From Eledone cirrhosa (lineage: Eukaryota): 64,000 nt of DNA. The translations under genes were made by a program, and so were the position numbers. Position 1 is the stretch's first letter. Every line of letters begins with the position of its first letter. Positions 26,220 through 40,137 of the stretch are shown one piece after another. The stretch is taken from positions 308,512,001-308,576,000 of the forward strand of contig OZ024741.1 in the NCBI GenBank assembly GCA_964016885.1, given 5' to 3'. The notes beneath the pieces were generated by a model. That model saw only the letters and a program-made list of their open reading frames with translations, had not been told where the DNA came from and did no database searches.

Positions 26220-26875
26220 TTTGGTGATGATGGTATTGTGCTGCTTACAGTGGTGGTGGTGGTGGTGGTGGTGGTGGTGGTGGTGGTGGTGGTGTGCTGG
26301 TTACAGTGGTGGTGGTGGTGTTGTGCTGGTTACAGTGGTGGTGGTGGTGGTGTTGTGCTGGTTACAGTGGTGGTGGTGGTGGTGGTTTGGTGATGATGGT
26401 ATTGTGCTGGTTCAGTGGTGGTGGTGGTGAGGAGCGATATTGGTGATGGTTGTAATGTTAGTGGTAGTGGTGGTGGAGGTGGTGGTGGTTATGATTATGG
26501 TGGTGAGGGCGGCGGTGGTGGTGGTAGTGGTGGCGGTGGTGATGGGGGAGGTGACATTGGTGATGGTTGTAATGTTGTTGTAGGTGGTGGTGATGATGGT
26601 GGTGGTGGCGGTGTGGTTGTGGTACAATGCCACTGGTATTAGGGATGGTGATGGAGGTCGTGGTCATGATGGTGGTGTGGTGGTGGTGGTGGTGGTACCG
26701 TGTTGGTGGTTGTAATGTTGTTGTAGGTGGTGGTGATGATGGTGGTGGTGGCGGTGTGGTTGTGGTACAATGCCACTGGTATTAGGGATGGTGATGGTGA
26801 TCGTGGTCGTGGTGGTCGTGGTCATGATGGTGGTGGTGGTGGTGGTGGTGGTGGTACCGTGTTGGTGGTTGTTTG
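26220..26875. repeat. Degenerate (GGT)n array with duplicated subunits
   Basis: Seen directly. Confidence 0.9.
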
Positions 26876-26934
26876 TTTAGTTTGTGGTAGTGTTGATGAT
26901 GATGACAATAATCAATAGTTTCTGGTTTATATAA

Positions 26935-27013
<79 letters not shown>

Positions 27014-27049
27014 CATGAAGTATAAGTCAACAGGTAATAATTCACTTCG

Positions 27050-27117
<68 letters not shown>

Positions 27118-27121
<4 letters not shown>

Positions 27122-28195
27122 TGGTTGGCTGAAAAGTTCATAGACTGACCAAGATACTCTTGTGGAACCAAGAACCAAATGAGGTTTATTTTTTAACATA
27201 GTCCCCCTTTCGGTCCACACACTTCTTCCATCAGTGTTGCCGTGCTTGGGTCACATCAGTGGAAAAGCTTTCAACCTTTTGCTAAAAAGGTTATCAACAG
27301 CAGATATGATGTCAACATCACTGTGACAATTGTGTTTATTCATGTTGAGGAACAGATAAAAGTCAGATGGGGCCAAATAAGGAAAATAGAAAGGCTGATT
27401 AACTAATTCAAAGCTACAGTCACGCTCAGCAGCCATTGAAACAAATGACTTATGTGTTGGAGCATTGTCCTGATGAAACAAGACATTTCTCTTCATTTTT
27501 CCTGGGCGTTTGGTCGTTCGTAACTACCTCAGCAAGTTGACATAGTACTCTCCATTGAAGGTGTGGCTCTTTTGAAGATAGTCAATAAACACAATGCCTT
27601 TTGCATCCCATAATACTGAGGCCATCACCTCCCTTGGAACAGGTGAAGAGGGGTATTTCCACTGCATGGATTGTCTCTTTATCTTTGGTTCAAAGTGATG
27701 AACCCAACATTCATCCTGGGTTAGGAAAAGTTCAAGGAAACCAGCTGGATTTGCCTCAATCAATGTCAGGTATTCCCGGGATGTGATCATCCTGGTGCAC
27801 TTTTCATCTGGTGTCAGAAGACGTTACACCCACCAAGTAGAAACCTTCATAATACCAAATTCATTGTGTAGAATATTCTAAACTCTCTCACAAGATATGC
27901 TAATAGCTTTAGTTATTTGATTTATAATCAATCGCCAGTCTCTCCATTACCGTGTGGTGAACACGATCAATGTTTTCCTTGGTGGTGGCAGTTGCAGGAC
28001 ATCCAGACCTTGTGTCACCTTCAAGACTCTCTCTTCCTTTCCTCAATTCAGCTGCCCACTTTTACACTGTTAATAAAGTTGGAACGTCATCCCCTAATGT
28101 AGCAGCCATGTCAGTATGAATGTCCTTGAGGGCTAAACCCTTTTTCTGCAGGTATTTGATAACAGCACGATGCCAGGTGTTGTCCATTTTCAAGG
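27118..28195 (-). mobile_element. Degenerate mariner (DD34D) transposon
   Basis: ATG at 28187; WV*RLL, TQDECWV, HQDNAPTH, YLAPSDFYLF; TIR GGCTGAAAAGTTCATAGACTGAC near 27120. Confidence 0.9.
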
Positions 28196-28434
28196 TGTCA
28201 GATTTTGCTGCTACACTTGCACTATTATTTTTTTTTAATTCATAAAGAATAACATGACGAATGTGTTCTTTACTTGGAGTGAACTGGGCGCCAACATAAC
28301 AGCTTCAATAAAGATAATTTGACAAAACCTGAAAGAAAATTAAACACAGGGATTTCGGTATATTCCAAATATAATTAAGAATCTAACTCTAGATTTACTT
28401 CTTTTAAAAATAAAGGAGAGAACTTTCGTTACAA

Positions 28435-28506
<72 letters not shown>

Positions 28507-28620
28507 GTTAGAATATGTGTAATAAGGCCAAGACAATGCAGATATGGACATAGAAAAAAGAATGCAATAGTGAGAGATATTGATGAGAATTCGTCTTTCA
28601 CCTTGAATTTATTTAAATGT

Positions 28621-28655
28621 CCTTAATTTTCGAGATAATATCTCTTCTTCGGAGG
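28621..28655 (-). ncRNA. Degenerate minimal hammerhead motif in a Penelope 3' region
   Basis: CCT-CCGAAGA-A GAGAT ATT ATCTC-GAAA AT T-A-AGG; core U4 replaced by C. Confidence 0.5.
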
Positions 28656-29034
28656 GAAGTAAAAGTCTCAGACCAGCGTCTTAAATTTCCAATGAAGCCA
28701 TGCTGACCGGAAATAGTATAGAGTTGTAACTTTAATATCAAAGAATTAAAATTAGGTGGGTAAAGAGTAGTCTCCCTTTAAGAGGGGTTTGTTTATGTTT
28801 TTGTTGTGTTTTTTTAAATTTTATATGCGTGCCTGTATATGTGTGTGGGAGAAAGCATGAAGGTGTAGGTATGTGGGTGTGTGTGAGTGTGGGAAGATAG
28901 GTCTAATCGTAAAAGTGGGGGGTAGGTGTTATCTGGTGTTAGAACTGGTTTTGTGTGTGTATGTGTGAGAGAGAATAAGTGGAGGTGTGCGCGTGCGTGT
29001 GTGTGGGGTGTGTAAAGTGGGGCTAGAGGCCCTA

Positions 29035-29750
29035 TCAGGTTATAAATTGGGTGTTGAGCTCTAGTCTATTATTGATTGGTGGATGTGTTCTATCTATAAT
29101 GAGTGCTTCCTTGATTCTAAGATTGCCGAGGTTTCTTTCCTTAGTTTCTATCCTAACTGTTATGTTTTTATCAGTGTTTTTGCATTTAACTAGGTGTTTC
29201 TTAAATGAGGAAGCGTTAGTATTGAGGTGTTCTTTTATTCTTATGTGGAGTGGTCTGGTGGTGCTACCTACGTAGAAGTTGTTGCATTTGTCACACTCTA
29301 GTCTGTATACGACGTAAGCCTGGTGGCATAGGTCTGTGTCGTTGATGGGGCAGTTGGCTAGTCTGCAGCAGTTGTCATGTCTGGTGGAGTGTCTCTTAGC
29401 TAGCCGTCCACGCAAAGAAGGACCCGAATGGGCCAGTTGAATATCCAGACCTTCTCGTCTGATGGCTCTGCGGATGGCTGTTGTTGTTTCTTCACTGAAG
29501 TGTGGGAGCTTCAGGAAGCAAGTGTTAGTGCCTCGGGTGTGGTGTCCTCTGTTCTTTCTGGCACGGTTTGTGGTGGATGTCGTGTATCCGTTCAGTTTGA
29601 GTACTTCCAGGAAATGTGTGGTGTGTGTGTCTCGGTCTCTGGCGTCGGTGCATTTGTTCTTGATACGTGCCAGTTCGTTCTTTATGTATCCGAACTTGGC
29701 ACCGAGTGGGAGGGCCGATCTGAAATGTACGAACAGGTCCCTGCTGGCGG
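29035..29750 (-). mobile_element. Penelope-like element 3' ORF (RT thumb/linker + GIY-YIG), 5'-truncated
   Basis: LKLNGY...LKLPHFSE...CRLANCPI...VVYRLECDKCNNFYVGSTTRPLHIRIKEH...KEALII...PPIN. Confidence 0.92.
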
Positions 29751-29775
29751 ATTTTTTTTTTTTTTTTTTTAATTG

Positions 29776-29811
<36 letters not shown>

Positions 29812-29959
29812 TTGAGTAAGTATTGGTTGCTTACCGACACTTAAGTATGCAGGTTAGAGCATTCAACGAAGTGTGGAGGTGAGTCTCTTTCCTCCGGAGC
29901 AATTTGAAACAAGAATTGTAAGTCAACAGGTTAAAATTAACTTCGTTTATTCATATCAT

Positions 29960-30117
29960 CTTACAATAAAATTTTGCTGAAGATAGATTTTTGGGATAGG
30001 AAGGAAAAGCATTGTGTACCCTCGGGTCTCGAATAATCCTCCCCACACCCGCTTATTTATTTTTCAGATTTTCAACCCTATCCCAAAAATCTATCTTCAG
30101 CAAAATGTTATTGTAAG
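29960..30117. repeat. Inverted repeat, 41-bp arms, 76-nt spacer
   Basis: CTTACAATAAAATTTTGCTGAAGATAGATTTTTGGGATAGG and its reverse complement with one mismatch. Confidence 0.9.
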
Positions 30118-30549
30118 GGGTAGCATTCCTGCGACAATTAATTTTCTTGATACGTTAAAAAGAAACATTATACATGACAAAAAACGTATATTGCTAGAAA
30201 TTCCCATACGTTACAAAATAAATAGGATGGGTTGGGGTCAAAATATGTAAAGTAAACGACTAATTCTGTTTTTGATTAAACCAACCAGAATATTGAGATG
30301 AGAAAAGTAAAAAAACAATATCTATGTAGTTATAAACTTGTGATCTTAAGATTAATTAATGGTTTAAGGTCAACATTTAAATAGACCAACCTAACATGAC
30401 AACAACCAAACGGAAAATAAAACATTTTTTTTTAAAACGCATTTTCTCCGAAGGACAGGGGGGGGGCAAAGGTCGAAGACGAGTTGGTGGGGAGGAGGAA
30501 TTAGGGTGATAATGATGATGACGAGAAGGTGGAGAGGGAGGAGGAGGGG

Positions 30550-31470
30550 GAGAAGAAGGTGATGGTGGTGGCGGTGGTGATGGTGTCAGTGGTAGTGGTG
30601 GTGGTGGTGATGGTGGTGGCGGTGGTGATGGTGCTGGTGGTGATGGTGCTGGTGGTAGTTGTGGTGGTGGTGGTGGTAGTTGTGGTGGTGGTGGTGGTGG
30701 TGATGGTGCTGGTGGTAGTTGTGGTGGTGGTGGTGGTAGTTGTGGTGGTGGTGGTGGTGGTGATGGTGCTGGTGGTAGTTGTGGTGGTGGTGGTGGTAGT
30801 TGTGGTGATGGTGCTGGTGGTGATGGTGCTGGTGGTAGTTGTGGTGGTGGTGGTGGTAGTTGTGGTGGTGGTGGTGGTGGTGATGGTGCTGGTGGTAGTG
30901 GTAGTTGTAGTGGTGGTGGTGGTGGTGATGGTGGCAGTACCATGTTGTGGTGGTGGAGTTATGCTGATGGTAAAGATGATGATTATGATGATGATGACCA
31001 TCGTGAGGATTTCATCATCATTTTTATAAGATTACCATCATCATCACCATCATCATCACCATCACCATCATCACCATCATCATCACCATCACCATCACCA
31101 TCATCACCATCATCATCATCATTACCATCACCATCATCACCATCACCATCACCATCATCATCATCATCACCATCATCATCACCATCACCATCATCACCAT
31201 CATCATCACCATCACCATCACCATCATCACCATCATCATCATCATTACCATCACCATCATCACCATCACCATCACCATCACCATCACCATCATCATCATC
31301 ATCACCATCATCATCATCATTACCATCATCACCATCATCATCACCATCACCATCACCATCATCACCATCATCATCATTATTACCATCATCACCATCACCA
31401 TCACCATCACCATCATTATTACCATCATCACCATCATCATCACCATCACCATCACCATCATCACCATCAT
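30550..31470. repeat. (GGT)-rich array followed by (CAT/CAC)-rich array
   Basis: Seen directly. Confidence 0.95.
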
Positions 31471-31913
31471 AAAGAAGATCGTAGCAGTACTGATACTGAT
31501 GGTGATTTTGTAGTTTATTGTTGTTATTTGAATAGGGAAATATTGATAATTATGTTGACGACGATAGCTAAGAATTGTCACATGGCCAGTGGTAAATCTT
31601 CTGTGGCTGTGGGTCGCGGATAAAATAGCTATCATTTATTTATCTATTGTTTATTCATAGTTACATTTTAAACTTATAGCCTCGTTTAATTGATTTTTTA
31701 TGTGGTTGATTATGCTGATTGGGAGAAGAAATACTGTATATATTTTATCAAATTATTCTATGAACTTACTTTCTTATATATTACTCTGATTGTTGATTAT
31801 TTAATTAATTAATTCGCCATTGAGCTACACCGTGAATGGTTGCCAAAAACATATATATCTATATATCTATGGCTCTGTCTAGTTTATGTATATGTAAACC
31901 TCTATATGTTATC

Positions 31914-31990
<77 letters not shown>

Positions 31991-32220
31991 TGTAATAAAC
32001 AACATAAGGCAATTATTTCATTTACCAGTGGTTTCTTAAAAGCAAAAAAATGTTGCTTTCAATCATCAGAATGAAAAAATCCTGGTGTATTTATTGACGT
32101 TGGATTTTAAAAACAAAAATGCAATCTATGTGAAAGTGAGGCTGGAAAAGAAAGAAGGAAAGGAAAAATAAAATAAAAACACACATGCAAACACACACAC
32201 ACACACACAATTATATACAT

Positions 32221-32298
<78 letters not shown>

Positions 32299-32573
32299 GA
32301 TATTAAATAAATGGAAACTATATTTATAAAACCATATTTATTTCATTATATATATTTCAGGGATATTTACTCGTTGTTAACCCAACAATTTAAATAAAAC
32401 TTTGCATATATATATATATATATATATACATACATACACACATACATACACACACACACACACACATATATATATATGTGTATATATATACATACACATA
32501 CATATACACATACAAACACACATAAATATCAACATATCCATACATACACATACAAATATACAACCACACACAT

Positions 32574-32632
<59 letters not shown>

Positions 32633-33051
32633 CACATATATATACATACACATATACATACACATACATACATACACACAATCATACGTATATACACACG
32701 TACATACATACACATACATACACACATATATACACGCATACATACGCATGCACAAAAATAGAAATATATACACACACCTCTACATACTCACACACACAAA
32801 TAAATATAAGAAAAAATATCTAATAATAAAAACATAAAAATGAATATAAAGACTATTATAATGTTGACAGCGATACAGGCAACAAATAAATGAACAAACA
32901 CACGTGGTAAGCAATACACACAAATGCACGTACACATACATACGTAAAAATAAATACATACACACACTCTCACACATAAATATACATATACAAATACATA
33001 AACACATACATACGCATACACATATACATACACACACACATATACATATAT

Positions 33052-33088
<37 letters not shown>

Positions 33089-33187
33089 ACAACTGAATTC
33101 ATTCGCCTAATATAGGGGTTCCCTCCCTTGCTGGTCCCCACGTGGATTTAGTAACGGTCTTCCCTTGTATTATTGAACTAATACGGA

Positions 33188-33369
33188 GGGCGGTGGATTG
33201 GCAGTATCGGTAGAGAGTCGGACGCCATGCTTTCCAGCATAGTTACGTCCCTTTACGGTCTGAGTTCAAATCCCGCCGAGGTTAACTTTGCCTTTCATCC
33301 TTACGGGGTCGATAAAATAAATGTACTGGGTAATTTGCTGGCCTTGTGCCAAAAGTAGAAACAATTATT
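33188..33369 (+). mobile_element. OK-like SINE
   Basis: Box A/B and body match. Confidence 0.9.
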
Positions 33370-33879
33370 GAACTAAACGCCTGTTGAAAAAGTGACTTCC
33401 TTGTTCATCATCTTACCAGAAGCCGGACATTTTTTATGTAGGCTGACGGTAACTGATTTAGGAGCCGCAGAAACCCAAATGCTGGAATTTACCATCTTTC
33501 CAGGGGGTCCGGGTAAATTTTTCATTCATATATATTTTTATTTGTCTGACCCGAATTTTCTTGGTCGTATTTTTGGCTGTGCGAATGATTGTTTAAGCAT
33601 CGTCTCAGTGTGTTGGTATTAAACGTTAGTTATAGCTCTGGTTTATCCGAATCATTGAGCACTTTGCCGCACATTTCGAAGATTGTGTTTCGTTATTTCG
33701 TAGGCCGAAGTTCCGATTCTCGATAATTTATTAGTATATATATATATATATATATACACATACATACATAACCAACCAAAACAAATATACACATACATAT
33801 ACATACATATCACAAACACATACATACAAATACAAACACACACATATATATGTGTGTAAAACTCATTCTTAGATAATTC

Positions 33880-34640
33880 ATATGAACCTTATTTAACTCT
33901 AAAATATATCTATTCGATTTTTTATATGGTTAATTATGCTAATTGGGAGAGGAAATGGTATATATTTTATCTGGTGATTCTATAGACATGTTTTATGATA
34001 TATAGCTCTGATTATTTAATTTATTAACTTTTCATTGAGCCACAAAGTGACCCGTTGCAAAACACGTATATGTATATATGTATATATCTATATATATATG
34101 TAAACCTTTATATGTAATAATCTCCCGTTAGGTTGAGATACAAATTTGGCTGTATTGTGCTGCGCTTTCTAGCAAAAAGCCACCAGCCGTAAGCAACTAA
34201 CCACACTCCTTCCAACCTGACCGCTGCTACGTCCCGATTCTTAGCCATTTTTGAATGTATTCTTGGTGCGATCACTTGGGAAAATTTATTGTCTAGATCT
34301 GAGCTAACTCCTGAAGAGTCCGGTGCTCAAGTTTCCGAAGTTATCGGAGATCTTGAAATGCGGACGAAACCATGGTCGAGGTAAATAAATGTATTCTCTT
34401 TTCTCCTAGTTTATTTTACACCTAATTCTGTTTAATTGACTGTATATCTGGGCGATTACGCTGTCGAAATATTCGATAAATATTCCGTGGCAGCCGGCGC
34501 GAAGGGCTGGTTTCGGTTATTTGTTGGAGATTTCTTCATAGAAGCCTTATTCTTATAGCCTGGTCTATTCGATTTTTTATATGCTAATTGGGAGAGGAAA
34601 TGGTATATATTTTATCTGGTGATTCTATAGACATGTTTTA

Positions 34641-34645
<5 letters not shown>
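33880..34645 (+). mobile_element. HHR-containing unit between direct repeats ~655 bp apart; related copy at 31660-31915
   Basis: TCTATTCGATTTTTTATATG...GGGAGAGGAAATGGTATATATTTTATCTGGTGATTCTATAGACATG at 33909 and 34564. Confidence 0.6.
34305..34383 (+). ncRNA. Type I hammerhead ribozyme, canonical core, extended stem II
   Basis: TAACTC-CTGAAGA-GTCCG..TCAAG TTTCCGA AGTTA TCGGAGA TCTTGA..CGGAC-GAAAC CATG GT-C-GAGGTA; GUC triplet, predicted cut after 34377. Confidence 0.88.
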
Positions 34646-34701
<56 letters not shown>

Positions 34702-34914
34702 CACATATATACACATACATACATACTCACATACACATATATACCTACACATACATATATACATACACATACGTATGCAAACGTACATACACACACACAC
34801 ACATATACATATATAACTAAATATATATATATATATATGAGAAAGAACATAAATATTATATATATAAAAAATAAATATTGTAATATAAAAAAATATAAAA
34901 AAATATTGTATATA

Positions 34915-35015
34915 TAAAAATAAAAATAAAAATAAAAATAAAAATAAAAATAAAAATAAAAATAAAAATAAAAATAAAAATAAAAATAAAAATAAAAATA
35001 AAAATGAAAATAAAA
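34915..35015. repeat. (TAAAAA)n
   Basis: Seen directly. Confidence 0.95.
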
Positions 35016-35243
35016 AGTTGGGAATACGACAAATAATAAATAAAAAAATATATATTTAGAAAAGGGTATAAATGCTTATAGCAGATTTAGAGCACCCAAC
35101 AAGTTCCTGGAGCAAAAGATCAATGAAAATAATCATTAAATCACTATATGTAATGATGCATATACATACACCCTTATACATATATACATATACACATATA
35201 TATACACATATATATATACATACACACACACACACAAACACAA

Positions 35244-35306
<63 letters not shown>

Positions 35307-36129
35307 TAATGTATGTATAGTATATTTGGCAATATACCGTAAGTTTAATTAAAAACATTTAGAAGACCATTCGCTATCATTTTTAAAGTAGTGACTATGT
35401 TACTTACTTATATTTCCAGCAAAGGCTGGGAGAGTGGCTGACAGCTGTTTCTCGCTGCTTGGCGTTTATCAAATTATCAAAGCCACGCACTCACCTGCCT
35501 TTGCCGAAAATTATAGAAGCTGGATTCTTATAGAATTCCAGTAATAATCAGGAGCTGATTACACAGAGCGATTGCCGGTCCAGCAAAAATAAGGTATTAG
35601 GATTGGTTCTCTGAAATAGCGATGTATACATGAATGTATGTATAGTATATTTGGCAATATACCGTATGTTTAATTAAAAAGAGCATAACTGTTTTTATAT
35701 ATAATTGCTTGCTTTACGCCCAATGTTTGATATGGGGTCTATTCTTATTGCTCTTTGAATTTGATAAACTTTGTTCCTTCTCATATTACCTGAAGAAATG
35801 CAGTTATACGTATTATGTATAGTGTTATTAATAACTGCTAATTAATTATTTCCGATTGTTTTCTCGTGCGTATTGTAACGTAGAAACTAAATAATAGATT
35901 TTAGTTGTTAAACTTGGTCTTTTGTTTGTTATTTTGAATGTTAAGGCGCTGCTACCTGAACTCTCCTCATCAACAAGAACCTTAACTTTCAAAAACTTAT
36001 GTGTCTGTTTTAAACTCCTTATGAGCTGAGGATTTTGTGCATAGAGCTTCTGTCGCCTTACCAAAAATAATCACATATATATATATATATGTGATTATAT
36101 GGTGATATATATGGTGCTATACTTGCTCA

Positions 36130-36300
36130 TCTCTTCTTGCTCTTGCTCGACGAGACCGGGTCATCCTAAGCCAGTGATCCCAGAAGTATCATCGTCTGTA
36201 GAGCCGACTAGGTCTACCAGCGCCTTCCATCACTGGCGGCCCTGTGCCAGCTCCTCTGCATCCTCCAAGGTTATGTTAAACCTCCAGCAATCTTCCCTGG
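36130..36300 (-). mobile_element. LINE (RTE-like) 3' end
   Basis: [27 protein letters not shown] and a short (GCAAGA) tail. Confidence 0.6.
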
Positions 36301-36309
36301 TATATATGT

Positions 36310-36411
<102 letters not shown>

Positions 36412-36450
36412 ATATATATGTACACACACAAATATATATGTGTGTGTGTG

Positions 36451-36500
<50 letters not shown>

Positions 36501-36521
36501 TATATATATATACACATTCAC

Positions 36522-36587
<66 letters not shown>

Positions 36588-37084
36588 TCAACGAGAATCG
36601 CATTTCGGCGGGTAGGAAAGGCGAAACGAAACGCAAAAATCAGATATGATACTGGCAAGCGCTCGATAGTTAAAAAACCAGAGCTAAACAATATGTTACG
36701 ACGCCATACAAAACTAAAATAGTGGTCAAGAAAGCGTCAACCACCTAAGCCAAAAAGCAAATCAAGCTAAACAGGTCAAAACAAAATAAAATAAATAATA
36801 AAGAAAACACAGACCTGGACCCCTTGGAATTGACGTTAAAATCCAAATGCAGGGTTTCTATGACACCTAAATCAAAATACTGTCTGCTTAAAAATATAAG
36901 CTTTAGGTATAATGATCAAACAAGGAATATCACGTTATCAACAGGTATTTCGCTCTGTACCAAATTTGTGAGTGACACAGATGCTCGTAAATATATATAT
37001 ATATAGTTCATATGACGTTGTATACAGTTTATCATATGTCTGTGTATGTGACTAGAGGTGTTCATACATGTGTGCACATGAGTG

Positions 37085-37268
37085 TGGCAGTATCGGTAGA
37101 AGGTCGGACGCCATGCTTTGCAGCATAAAGTTGCGGCCCTTTACGATCTGAGTTCAAATCCCGCTGAGGTTAACTTTGCGTTTCATCCTTACGGGGGTCG
37201 ATAAAATAAAGTACCAGTAATGCACTGGGATAATTGCTGGCCTTGTGCCAAAAGTAGAAATAATTATT
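37085..37268 (+). mobile_element. OK-like SINE
   Basis: Box A/B and body match. Confidence 0.9.
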
Positions 37269-37699
37269 ATACACGATAGATTCATTTGTCTTTTACTAGT
37301 TCCTGTCACTGCAGTGCAACCATTCTGGTGCGCCTTCTTCGGTTTGTTTAATCAATTATATCGACGCAAATATTTTAGTACACATTTTTATCGATATCTA
37401 TATATCGATTAGCTTAGGCAGTTTATTGAGTTACGTCACTTTCAACGAGTTACTTCCCTTTAGGGTACTAAATACCGCAATGTATTTATACAGATTTAGA
37501 CAAGTACTTACAAATACAGTCACTTACATTCAGATAATTACATGTAACCCCAGGTCAGCCTTGATCGATCAGAACTATGATCAACATAGCACAAACCGTG
37601 ACAATTTCATTAGTTGGCATATATTTAACGACTACACTGTACAAGGTGTCCTTCCTCTTTTTTAAGATGTTTAACTGCAGTTCTTTGTAGCTCAAAAAC

Positions 37700-37960
37700 C
37701 CACACAGCGGCTTCTTTATCTTCTTTTCTCACTTATTCCTGAGAGGATCGTGCGGGCAGAGTCCTCAAATGTTCCTTTCACCGGGTCGTATCAGAAGCCT
37801 CTTTGGGGTCTCGGAATATGCAATCCGTGTGCGACCATCCCACGCCTCCCATGACAAATTGCAGGCCCATCACCAGTTTTGTGGCAATATATTTTTCGAA
37901 CAGGCCCCTCTACCTAAGGCCACAAATGCTAAAATAGTTTATTGCGGCTTCTTGCAGAGA
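37700..37960 (-). mobile_element. RTE 5'-region fragment
   Basis: Reverse complement aligns to 20075-20215 (GGCCTT...GGGCCTGTTC.AAAAATATATT...GGGAGGC.TGGGATGG). Confidence 0.7.
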
Positions 37961-38299
37961 GATTCGTTACCTACGCAGGACTGTGGTAACCCATGTTGGA
38001 TGTGATGGATTGTTTTATTACCATTATTGTTATTTCTTTTGACCAAATATGGTACCTACGATTACTTTAATGTATCATTTGCACACCGTTGTTGGGGTTG
38101 AAGTTTTGGTAAAGGCATGTGGCCTTGTGGTTAGGACATTAAATTCTTAAATCGGGCTTTGTGTTTTGTTCTAAAGCAAAACGTTACAATTCACGTTGCT
38201 TTTCATGATAGGATTGAGGTCCCTATCATTAAATTACACAAGAAAACTCGTAAGAGACCAGTCAAACCTGCATATATGAGGGCATGGTGTTATTGTAGC

Positions 38300-38637
38300 A
38301 GTTGTTGTTGGTGGTGATGGTGGTGGTGTTGGCGGGAGTGGTGGTGATGGTGGTGGTGTTGGGGTTGGGGAGGGGGAGGACAGTGGTGATGGTGGTAGTA
38401 GTGTTAGTGTTTAAGATAGTAATGAAATTGATGACGATGATGGTAGTGATGATGTTGATAGTGGTGCTGGTGATTATGGTGGAGATGAAGATAATGATGA
38501 GTGTTGGTGTTGGAAGATGGTCATGGTGGGATTAACAATTGTAATAGCAGTGATGATGATGATGATGGTGGTGGTGGTTTAGATTGTGGGAGCAGTGGCA
38601 GTTGTGATGGTTAATGGTTGTAGAGATGGTTATAGAA

Positions 38638-38669
<32 letters not shown>

Positions 38670-38785
38670 GGTGGTGGTGGTGGTGACGGTGTTGACGCGG
38701 GAGGGTGCAGTTGTGATATTGATGAGAATGATGGCGGAGATGGCTATGGAAATGGTGGTGGTGGTGGTGGTGCTCGTGGTGGTGG

Positions 38786-38843
<58 letters not shown>

Positions 38844-39522
38844 GGTGGTGGTGCTGGTGGTGGTGGTGCTGGTGCTGGTGCTGGTGCTGGTGCTGGTGGT
38901 GCTGGTGGTGCTGGTGGTGGTGCTGGTGCTGGTGCTGGTGGTGGTGGTGGTGCTGGTGGTGCTGGTGGTGGTGGTGCTGGTGCTGGTGCTGGTGCTGGTG
39001 CTGGTGGTGCTGGTGGTGCTGGTGGTGCTGGTGGTGGTTGGGGTGGTGGTGCTGGTGTTGGTCGTGGTGTTGGTGCTGGTGGTTGTAGTGGTGGTGGTGG
39101 TGTTGCTGCTGCTGATGATGTTGCTGGTGCTGGTGCTGGTAGTCCTGGTGGTGGTGGTTGTGTGCTGCTGCTGCTGCTTGTGGCGTTAGTACTGGTGTTG
39201 GTGCTTGTGGTGGTGGTGGTGTTGGTGCTGGTGCTGGTGCTGGTGGTGGTGCTGGTGGTGGTGGTGGTGGTGGTGGTGGTGGTGGTGGTGGTGGTGGTGG
39301 TGGTGGTGGTGGTGGTGGTGGTGGTGGTGGTGGTGGCACTGATGGTAGTGGTGTTGGTGCTGTTGCTGCTGCTGCTGCTGGCACCGGTACTGGTGCTGGT
39401 GGCGCTGGTTGTGGTAGTGTTGGTGCTGCTGCTGTTGGAGGAGGAGGAGGAGGAGGAGGAGGAGGAGGAGGAGGAGGAGGAGGAGGAGGAGGAGGAGGTG
39501 GAGGAGGAGGAGGAGGAGGAGG
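38300..39522. repeat. GGT/GCT/GGA trinucleotide low-complexity block
   Basis: Seen directly. Confidence 0.95.
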
Positions 39523-39611
39523 GGTGTCACTGGCTTTTACTACCACTTAGTGATTCATTAGAAAAATTTCCCTTTGAATCTGAAAAGTTGGTCAGAGAAT
39601 CTTAAAACAAC

Positions 39612-39643
<32 letters not shown>

Positions 39644-39948
39644 TAATAATAAATAAATAAATAAATAAATAAATAAGCAAATAAATAAATAAATAAATAA
39701 ATAAATAAAAACAAAATACGTCATAAGAATATGGAAGTACGGTGTTTTAGAATAAATTAACTGAAAATTGTCAGACATGGAATAAAGTGGTGGGGAGGTG
39801 GACATGTATTAGAGAGATGGGGGGGAGTAAGGAGGAACAGTGTAAGGGTTAGATTATTATTGGGCAGTGGAGGGAGGAGAGGGTTCAGTGTAATATAGAG
39901 TGAGGAGGGGGGAGTAGCAGGAGGACAGAGCATGTGTGTATGCTTATT

Positions 39949-39989
<41 letters not shown>

Positions 39990-40106
39990 ATGTGTGTGTG
40001 TGTGTGTGCTTGTTTGTGTGTGCGTGTGTGCGTCTGTTTGTATGTGTGTATGTGTGTGTGTGTGTGTATGTGTGTGTATGTGTGTGTGTATGTGTGTGTA
40101 TGTGCA

Positions 40107-40137
<31 letters not shown>

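Noticed and set aside
33188-33280. tRNA genes
   Set aside because: Box A/B belong to SINE heads with no cloverleaf, followed by SINE body
38586-39605. Gly/Ala-rich silk-like ORF
   Set aside because: Frame shifts into poly-Val/Glu; explained by trinucleotide repeats
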